Positions 55,343 through 64,000 of a stretch of DNA of 64,000 nt are shown here, piece after piece; position 1 is the first letter of the stretch; each line of letters starts with the position of its first letter. The DNA comes from Heteronotia binoei (taxonomy: Eukaryota): positions 30,690,001-30,754,000 of the forward strand of contig NC_083227.1 in assembly GCF_032191835.1 (NCBI RefSeq), written 5' to 3'. Under the pieces are notes generated by a model. It had not been told where the DNA came from. It was given only the letters and a program-made list of their open reading frames with translations, and made no database searches. The position numbers were made by a program, and so were the translations under genes.

Positions 55343-57770
55343 ATTTGTTGTTGTTCAGTAGCACAGTCGAGTCCAACTCTTTGCGATTCCATAGACAAAG
55401 TCACACCAGGCCCTCCTGTCTACCACCATCCTCCGAAGTCTGCTCAATTTCGTGTTTGTTACATCAGTAACGCTGTCCAGCCATCTCATCCTTTGCCGTC
55501 CCCTTCTTCTTTTGCCTTCTGTCTTTCCCAGCATCAGGATCTTCTCCAGTGAGTGCTCCCTTCTCATTTGGTATCTGAGCTTCAGCTTCAGTATCTGACT
55601 TTCCAGGGAACAGTCTGGGTTGATTTCCCTTAGGACTGACTGACTGGATCTTCTTGCAGTCCAAGGGACTCTCAAGATTCTTCTCCAGCACCACAGCTCA
55701 AAAGCATCTATTCTTCTGTGCTCGGCCTTCTTAATGGTCCAGCTCTCACTGCCATACATTACTACTGGGAATACCATCACTTTGACTATACGAACTGTTG
55801 TTGGCAGGCTGATGTCTCTACTTTTTATTATACTGCCCAGGTTCACCATAGCTGTCCTCCCAAGGAGCAAACGTCTTTTAATTTCATGGCTACAGTCACC
55901 ATCTGCAGTGATCCTGGATCCTAGAAATGTGAAGTCTGTCACTACTTCCATGACTTCCCCTTCTATTTGCCAAGGTGTGATGGGGCTGGATGCCATGATC
56001 TTAGTTTTTTTGATGTTGAGTTTCAAATCTACTTTTGTGCTCTCCTCTTTCACCCTCAACAAGAGGTTCTTTAGGTCCTCCTCACTTTCTGCTTTTAGAG
56101 TGGTGTCATCTGCATATCTGAGGTTGTTGATGTTTTTCCCGGCAATCTTAATTCCGGCTTGTGGTTCATCCAGGCCAGCATTCCGCATGATGTACTCTGC
56201 ACATAAATTAAATAAGCAGGGTGACAATATACATCCTTGCCGAAATTCTCTTCCTATTCTAAACCAATCAGTTGTTCCATATCCCGTTCTGACAGTTGCT
56301 TCTTGACCCTTATACAGGTTTCTCAGGAGACATGTGAGGTGGTCTAGTATTCCCATCTCTTTAAGGACTTGGCACAGTTTGTTGTGATCCACACAATCAA
56401 AGGCTTTAGCGTAGTCAATGAAACAGAAATAGATGTTTTTCTAATACTCTCATGCTTTCTCCATAATCCAGCAAATGTTGACAATTTGATCTCTAGTTCC
56501 TCTACTTCTCCAAAACCCAGCTTGAACTTCTGGTAGTTCCCAATCTACATACTGCTGAACCCTAGCTTGTAGGATCTTTAACATGACCTTGCTGGCATGT
56601 GAAATTAGTGCACTGGTGAGATAGTTTGAACATTCCTTGGCATTACCCTTCTTTGGGATTGGAATATAAACTGATCTTTTCCAATCCCATGGCCACTGTT
56701 GTGTTTTCCAGATTTGTTGACATAATGTGTGCATAACTTTAACAGCATCATCTTTTAGGACTTTGAAAAGTTCAATTGAGATACCATCATCTCCACTCGC
56801 TTTGTTGTTAGTAATGCTTTCTAAGGCCATTTGACTTCACACTCCAGAATGTCTGGCACGAGGTCAGCAATTTCACTGTCATGGTTGTCAAGTACATTGA
56901 GATCCTTCTTGTATAAATCTTCTGTGTATTCTTGCCACCTCTTCCTGATCTCTTCTGCTTCTGTTAGGTCCCTACCATTTTTGTCCTTTATCATGGCCAT
57001 CTTTGCATGATTTCTCCAATTTTCTTGAAGAGACCTCTTGTCCTTCCCGTTCGATTATTTTCCTCTATTGCTTTGCATTGTTCCTTCAGGAAGGCCTCCT
57101 TATGTCTCCTTGCTGTTCTCTGAAAATCTGCATTCAATTGAGTGAATCTTTCCTTTTCACCTTTGCCTTTCGCTTTCCTTCTTTCAGCTATTTGTAAAGC
57201 CTCATCAGACAGCCACTTTGCTTTCTTGCATTTTTTTCCCCTTTGGGATGGTGCTGGTTGCTGCCTTCTGTACAATGTCATGAACCTCTGTCCATAGTTC
57301 TTCAGGCACTCTATCAACTCTAATCCCTTAAATCTTCTTCACTTCCACTGTATATTCATAAGGGATCTGATCAAGGTCAAACCTGAATGGCCTAATGGCT
57401 TCCCCAGTTTTCTTCAATTTAAGCCTGAATTTTGCTGTGTGCAGCTCATGAGCTGAGGCACAGTCAGCTCCAGGTCTTGTTTTTGCTGACTGTAAGGAGC
57501 TTCTCCATCTTTGACTGCAAAGTATGTAATCAATCTGATTTCTGCGTTGCCCATCAGGTGATGTCCACGTGTAGAGTCATCTTTTAGGTTGTTGGAAGAG
57601 GGTGTTCGCTATGACCAGTTTATTCTCTTGACAAAACTCTTATTAGCCTTTGCCTGGCTTCATTTTGTTCTCCAAGGCCAAACTTGTCAATTGTTCTGGT
57701 TACCTTTTGACTTCGTACTTTGGCATTCCAGTCCCCTATGATGAGGAGGGCATCTTTTTTGGTGTTGTAG
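55343..57770 (-). mobile_element. BovB (RTE) LINE, 5'-truncated, disrupted
   Basis: 345-aa RT/C-terminal frame (RQGCILSPCLFNL, LRYADDTTL, RRIDAFELWCWRRIL), upstream pieces (KASGDDGI, LISHASKVMLKIL), (caa)n tail. Confidence 0.93.
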
Positions 57771-58209
57771 ATCTTCGACCAGGATTAGACTGGTCCTACC
57801 CATTTTGCAGGGGTAGTGTGGTGATAAAAATTCCCCTTCTCCTCTAAAAACTTACCCTCTTGCCCCTTCCCCCCAAAAAGGAACCAGGCAGGGAATTCAG
57901 GCAAGTAGCAAAGCTTAGTAGAGGAGGAGCTATGCAAAGCAGGGACCCACCTGTATTATACTTGAGGCAGGTGAATAGGCTCATACTTTGTTGGTCAAAA
58001 TGCTGCCTGAGGCTATGCCAGCGGTAGCCAAACTTGCTTGTAAGAGCCATGTAGAATAAACAGCAGATGTTTGAGAGCCACATGACACGAACATCAGATG
58101 TTTGGGAGCCGGAGGGAGGGAGGAAGGAAAATAAATGAGAGAAGGGGAGGTGGAAAGAAAGGAATGTTAACGTTAAATGCATTTTCCAAGCTGCTAGCTG
58201 GCTTGACTT

Positions 58210-58760
58210 GGTGGAGGAGGAGGAAGAGAAGAAGAAGAAATTGGATTTATATTCTGCCCTATATGCTGAATCTCAGTCTCAGAGCGGTCACAATCTCCTT
58301 TACCTCCCCCCCCCCAACAGACACCTAGGTGGGGCTAAGAGAGTTCTTACAGCAGCTTCCCTTTCAAGGACAACTATGAAAGCTATGGCTGACCCAAGCC
58401 ATTCCAGCAGCTGCAAGTGGAGGAGTGGGGAATCAAACCCAAGGCCATTCCAGCAGCTGCAAGTGGAGGAATGGGGAATCAAACCCAAGGCCGTTCCAGC
58501 AGTTGCAAGTGGAGGAATGGAGAATCAAACCCAAGGCCATTCCAGCAGCTGCAAGTGGAGGAGTGGGGAATCAAACCCAAGGCCATTCCAGCAGCTGCAA
58601 GTGGAGGAGTGGGGAATCAAACCCAAGGCCATTCCAGCAGCTGCAAGTGGAGGAGTGGGGAATCATACCCAAGGCCATTCCAGCAGCTGCAAGTGGAGGA
58701 ATGGGGAATCAAACCTGGTTCACTCAGATAAAAATCTGTGCACTTAACCACTACACCACA
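58210..58760 (-). mobile_element. MIR/Squam3-like SINE with an internal 7 x 46-bp expansion, nested in a hAT MITE
   Basis: SINE tail ~58220-58260 and head ~58745-58760; flanks resemble the 29812-30084 MITE family. Confidence 0.8.
58392..58712. repeat. Minisatellite, 7 x 46 bp
   Basis: acccaaggccattccagcagctgcaagtggaggagtggggaatcaa at 58392, 58437, 58483, 58529, 58575, 58621, 58667. Confidence 0.95.
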
Positions 58761-59064
58761 GTGATTTAAAGAAAGAAATGCCTTTTCCGAGTCTTCCAAT
58801 AGGATGGTGGGGGCTTTGAGAGCCACACAATAAGTGTGAAAGAGCCACCTGCGGCTCCCAAGCCACAGTTTGGCCACCCCTGGGTTATGCTGATGTGCTT
58901 GCCCCGAAAACTTGATGAGCTTTCTGGAGAGGAATAATAGTTTTGATTGTTTACAGGGGATGGACTAAAGGTGCTAATGGCTGCTTGATGACACTCAGAT
59001 TACCCAGTGGGAAAACTACCAGGTTTGGTGAAATAATGTTAAGTATTTATTAAGGTAAATATAC

Positions 59065-59260
59065 CCAGGGAAATGCTGTTATGCCACTTTGGGGTCAGGA
59101 AGCAATTTTTCTCCAGGCCAGTTTTGCCAGGGATCCTGGAGGATCTTCTGGGCATGGAGCAGGTGTCACTGAAGGTATGGGGGGCATTTGTGAATTTCAG
59201 GGTTCTGTAGGGGGTTGGACTAGATGACCCTAGAGGTCCTTCCAGCTCGATGATTCCATG
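59065..59260 (+). mobile_element. CR1 3' UTR fragment
   Basis: Matches the 3' part of 19290-19738; ends atgattccatga. Confidence 0.7.
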
Positions 59261-61359
59261 ACTTACTCAACTAATAAAACAGTATTTCAAAAGCAAATGC
59301 TTTCACTTATTTGATACTGAAGCCTTCTAGGATATCCTTGATTCTATTCCATTTTGTTAGCCCCAGAGGCCTCTCTTCTGTATCCTTGGTTCTTGCCTGT
59401 TTGGGCTGTTTATAATATTATTATTTATTTGAACACTATAATTTAGGATTTTTTTAACGTCCAAGGAACTGCAGGCCAGGAGGCAGGGATGTTGTCCTGG
59501 ATTTGCAGGTTTTTTCTCACTAGGAGATTACTTGCCTTGAGGATGCTGTCCTGCTATCTGATTTTTCCAGAAGCTGTTGGTTCCCAGCCCAATCAGGGTT
59601 CCACTGAGAGGCCCTGGCTTTTCTGGCTCTGTTGCCTGAGGTCCCTCAAGACCTCCCAGCGATTCCAAGCCTGGAAGGGCCTGTCCTAGATTTCAGGCCA
59701 TGGCTGCCTGAGGACTCAAGGGTGCCATCCACCTCCTGGGTCTTAGGAGCCATTGAGGGTCCAGCCTCTTAATTCTCCTGGCTTTTTGAGGTTCTGGTTA
59801 TCAGAGAAGTTAACTCAACTTTAGAATGGTTTTAACTTCTATGCAGGAAGGATTTGCTCTTCTTTGCCAGTGGATGGGATGACTTTGCAACCTTGCTTTG
59901 AGTGTCTTTGCAATGCATGATGGGTTATGCTTGACCTACCTACTGTCCATTCTGTCCTGAGCAGGGCAGGCATTAAAGCTTTGGTCTAGAGCCAGGCATT
60001 ACCTGTTAATTTCTTACTCAGGTGATCACATAGTATTTAATACATTCATATATATATATATATATATCAGTTAACTTTGGAGTCCTTTTCTCAACAGCCT
60101 CTTACCCGCTGAACAGGTTCCCCAGCTTTGGTTGCTTAATGCCGCTGTAAGCCAGTGACTTGCAGTCCATATGATGACAGTGGACTGATGATGCCTAGGT
60201 TCAAATCCCGCTTAGACAGAACACACACACAGGAGCATTTGGCCTAACTTATCTCACAGGGTTGCTGTGAGAATGAAATGTAACAGCACACACTTCAGTA
60301 GAGACACAACAAAAGAAGATAATCAATAGGTGGCTGTGTGGCTAGAAAGTGTTGTCACAGCCTGTCCAGCAAACGACCAGAGTCACCCCCATGGCTTCTT
60401 CACAGATGCAGCTTCCTACAGTAGGGTAGGGGCAGAGGTGAGAGCTGGCCTCACAACCAGAAGTGACGTCACACGATGTCATGACATCACTTCCCTCCCC
60501 CTCCACAGTTTCTACTTGCTGCTTCACTGGTCATTGGGCAGGAGGGCTCCCAGGAGACTGGAGTCCAAAGCAAAAGCCAGATACCCAAGGTGGATGGCAG
60601 AGGTGAAGAGAGAAACTGCCACAGGCAGTGGGAGAAGCCTCAGTCCAGGTCTGAAAGGCTCCAAGGACAAGCACAGAAGCAAGGTGCTTGCTCCACATGT
60701 TTCCCACACGTCCCCCAGCCTTCTCAGGACTCCCTCCCACAAGAATGTTTTCAAATGAAACTCACAACAGGAAGAGAAACCTTTAATATAAGCAGACTTC
60801 TCAACACATTGAAAACAGCCTCCCCACACACAGTTGCAATGTGCAGGAAGACATTTTACATCACAAAAAGGGGATGGGGGAAGAGTTAAACACTCCCGCC
60901 ATTGGCACTGCTCCCCCACCCCACATCTGCCCCACAGCTGTACTGAACAAAACTTGAAAGGGTGTGGGATACCTGACAAATGATTTCCAAACATCTTATC
61001 TAATCTTCCTTCCAGAAGTAAGAAATAATGTGGGGGTGGGGGGGGGAGAGCTTCTTCTCCACTGCAGGCAGAGATTGGGATGGGAGGGTGAGAAAAAATG
61101 AGATAAAGGCAGGATTAAGGGTTATGGGAGTTAGCAGAAGCCTGCTGGTTTGTTTAGACCTCTCTTTTAGTCCCGATCTGTTATTATTTAATATGTGAAA
61201 TGGGGAATTGTCTATTTCTGAAATCAGCTACAAAAGTAAGAGGGGATATTAGGCAATGGACTCCATTTTATTTATCCTGGAGAAGACTTCTGCAGAAGTA
61301 TAAAACGGGAATCTTGAGTAATATTATTTTTTTAATGGCCCTGGTGAGAAATGACTGTC

Positions 61360-61561
61360 TTAACAAAGTTGCAGGTGGCCTTTGAAACGGGCCCAAAAGG
61401 AGGGCAGGAGGGTCTCTCAAGAAAAGGAGGCTCCAGAGAACTCGTAGATCAGGGCTGCTCTGTCAGCATCGGAAAAGGCCACTCGCCCCCCCACTTGCTC
61501 CGATCCTCAGAGAGGATGAGTTCAGGATGGGCCGTGTCCGAATCCAGAGTCACATTTGCTG
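61360..61561 (-). pseudogene. PRY/SPRY (B30.2) terminal exon remnant of a TRIM/butyrophilin-like gene, internally deleted
   Basis: Acceptor tttctgtctccagcag| then ANVTLDSDTAHPELILSEDR (PRY start), joined out of frame to GGRVAFSDADRAALIYEFSGASFS*ETLLPSFW...HLQLC* (SPRY end). Confidence 0.8.
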
Positions 61562-61859
61562 CTGGAGACAGAAATGAAGCCAATTCAGCTGGGAGACAAA
61601 TAGAGTTGTTTCCCACACCCACCTGACCCTGTTGTTAGTGTCCCAGGTGTGTCTGTTCCCTGTGGCTCTCCCTGACCTGGTTGGTTGTTTAGACATTCCC
61701 CCCATTCTGGCTTATTCTGTTTCTTTTTATTATATATTTATTATTCAAATTTATATTCTGCCGTACCCTGCAAGCGGGCTTGGGGCAGATCACAACACAA
61801 AGAATAAAAACATATAATAAATCAATATAAAACAATTCAAAAATCAATAAAAACATAAG

Positions 61860-62070
61860 GGAGGGATGATGGGTCAGTGATAGAGCATCTGCTTGGTAAG
61901 CAGAAGGTCCCAGGTTCAATCCCCGGCATCGCCAACTAAAAAGGGGTCTCTAGGCAAACAGGCGTGAAAAACCTCAGCTTGAGACCCTGGAGAGCTGCTG
62001 CCAGTCTGAGTAGACAATACTAACTTTGATGGGCCCAGGGTCTGATTCAGTATAAGGCAGCTTCATATGT
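61860..62070 (+). mobile_element. tRNA-derived SINE
   Basis: Same family as 3165-3365. Confidence 0.75.
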
Positions 62071-62149
62071 TCATATAGATTTTCTAGTTTGACCTCTTGA
62101 CTGGACTGTCCAATGGAAGGAACTACAGGTTTTCTGGGCTTGTATATAT

Positions 62150-62290
62150 CTATATCTAAGACCAACAACGTTTTATTTAAAATGTAAGCTTTCGTGTGCT
62201 CAAAGCACATTTCATCAGGCAATAGGATGGAATGGCAAGCAGTCCTAAATATAGAGAACGTGGGCAGTGAGTTGGTATGCAGAGTCATGG
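62150..62290 (-). mobile_element. Penelope-like fragment with hammerhead motif (62183-62218)
   Basis: CTGATGA-aa-tgtgct-ttg-agcaca-c-GAAA-gctt-aca. Confidence 0.65.
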
Positions 62291-62537
62291 AAATGTTTTT
62301 AGCAGATTAAAAGAATCACAAATTGGGGTCTGTGTTTGTTTGCTAGTGTTAACTGGGCTGAAACAACAGTGGAAGGTGATAAAAAGCAGATGGATGTCAC
62401 AGATGTGAAATGCCATAAATCTGGCTTTGTTCTGGGTTTAAATAGAGGGCATTATTTTCTCAAGAGGTTATAACATCATTCTACTTTGCCATTAGAAAAA
62501 AAAATACATTAAAATATAGTGGTGGATATAATATAGT

Positions 62538-62834
62538 GCCTTGTGGCAGAGAGTGGTAAAGCTGCAGTACTGCAGTCTGAACTCTCTGCTCCCAACCTGA
62601 GTTTGATCCCGGCAGAAGCTGGTTTCAGGTAGCTGGCTCAGGTTGACTCAGCCTTCCATCATTCCGAGGTCGGTCAAAGGAGTACCCAGCTTGCTGGGGG
62701 GAAAGTGTAGATGACTGGGGAAGGTAATGGCAAACCACCCCGTAAAAAAGTCTGCCCTGAAAACGTTGTGAAAGCAACGTCACCCCAGAGTCGGAAACGA
62801 CTGGTGCTCGCACAGGCGACTACCTTTACCTTTT
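62538..62834 (+). mobile_element. Sauria SINE
   Basis: Same as 22459-22755; (accttt)n tail. Confidence 0.85.
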
Positions 62835-62859
62835 AAAATATAGTGATGTGTTTTAAAAG

Positions 62860-63158
62860 GTGAATTTACTCGAAGGCTACCTCGGCGTCAATAGGACGTA
62901 CTCCCACGTGTTAGTTGCTTTGGATTCCAGCCGGCCGCGCTTTGTTTTGAGAGAGCCCACCCCATTCACGTGTCTTGTCCTGCTATCCAATGACTGGCTG
63001 CGCAGCAGAATCAGGCGCGCTAATTCGATCGCTTGTTTTCGAGCCGCGCGGTTCCCTTAAAAAGAAAGCCCCCCCCCCCCCCCATTTTAGATTTTAGCGT
63101 CGCGGAGAAGCCGGTTCCTGCAGTTGTAGATTAGTTGGTTGCTGTTGCTCTGGCTTGC
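62860..63158 (+). promoter_or_regulatory. CpG-island promoter and non-coding first exon of a gene continuing beyond the window
   Basis: CpG-rich; two CACGTG E-boxes, CCAAT at ~62987, donor gc|gtaagt at 63158/63159; motif shared with the ZNF gene 2 promoter. Confidence 0.6.
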
Positions 63159-63535
63159 GTAAGTATTGCGGCTGGCGGGGGAATGGGGAGGGGGAAGCTT
63201 GTTTGGGAGGATTATTTAAAGTTGTTAATAGTTCCCCTCGCCAAACAAGCTGCTGGGATATAGGTATTCCCGAAAACCATACTTAAAGTCCCAGCAGTGT
63301 AAAAAGAGACTGCAATTCATTGCCACGGAGCATGGTGACGGCTATTACGTTGCCTGTCTTTAAAAGTGGGGGAGGCATGTTCGGGGAGGCGGGGTCCTTT
63401 TAGTGATCTTGAGTAAATGTGTGGAGGCCAGGTGGCCGGTTGGAGGATTGCAATACTTTCATGCCACCGTGCTGGGCTTCTGGAGATTTCTAGATGGATG
63501 CTGTAGGAAACAAGTTACTGATCTAGACAGACTTT

Positions 63536-63742
63536 TCAGTTTGGTGTAGTGGTTAAGTGTGCGGACTCTTATCTGGGAGAATCCATAGGAGTTGTCCTGG
63601 AAAGGGCAGCTTCGGTGGGAGCTCTCTCAGCCCTTCTCCCCACTTCACAGGGTGTCTATTGTGGGGGAGGAAGATAACGCTAAGCCGCTCTGAGATTCAT
63701 AGTGCAGGGCAGGGTATAAATACAATTTCTTCTTCTTCTTTT
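63536..63742 (+). mobile_element. MIR/Squam3-like SINE
   Basis: Head gtttggtgtagtggttaagtgtgcggactc with an internal deletion; (tct)n tail. Confidence 0.75.
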
Positions 63743-64000
63743 AACCAAGTTTTTTAGTTAGATACTGAATGGCTGGTTGGTATATCATGATAATATAGAA
63801 TTACCCTACCCCCTCTCATCCCCTGCCAGTGAGTGACCTAGTTACTGTTCTGGAGTAGCATCTTTTGAGTATAAAGGATAAAAGGAATCGCCTCACTTGG
63901 TATTTGCTGCCTACTGATCCTAATGGGACATATAGAGTGACCAATTTAAAAGCTGGCAGCTCCCAACAGCTTGTGCTTTCTCCCTTCCATGGGAGCCATT

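Noticed and set aside
61860-61935. tRNA gene (also ~3165, ~22459, ~25581)
   Set aside because: The cloverleafs are degenerate and continue into shared SINE bodies, so they are SINE heads.

Overview
Vertebrate genomic DNA, almost certainly a squamate and most likely a gecko (Sauria SINEs, BovB, CR1, L2, Penelope remnants and abundant hAT MITEs); nothing prokaryotic is present. Genes: (1) a + strand C2H2 zinc-finger gene with four KRAB-B-like micro-exons, no recognisable KRAB-A or SCAN exon, and an 11-finger last exon (13926-15454); (2) a convergent - strand 7-finger gene (last exon 23179-23984) with a candidate degenerate KRAB-A exon and a CpG-island promoter near 29.4-29.7 kb; (3) an intact six-exon SULT2-family cytosolic sulfotransferase on the - strand (34483-53676, 286 aa); (4) an internally deleted PRY/SPRY (B30.2) pseudo-exon (61360-61561); (5) a CpG promoter and first exon of a further + strand gene near 63 kb. 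Large elements: a near-complete CR1, a near-full-length Gypsy LTR element with a tRNA-Ser PBS, a 3.2-kb non-LTR element with a 5' inversion inside a perfect 15-bp TSD, a BovB and a hAT transposase fragment. Most notable observations: the twin-priming-type inversion in an apparently non-L1 LINE, a second insertion made only of a LINE 5' end inside a 14-bp TSD, the KRAB-B-only exon array, a composite hAT element that appears to carry captured genomic DNA, hairpin-array CpG-rich MITEs, and Penelope-type minimal hammerhead ribozymes. All coordinates were read by eye; gene models have no transcript support, and repeat family names are pattern recognition, not database hits.
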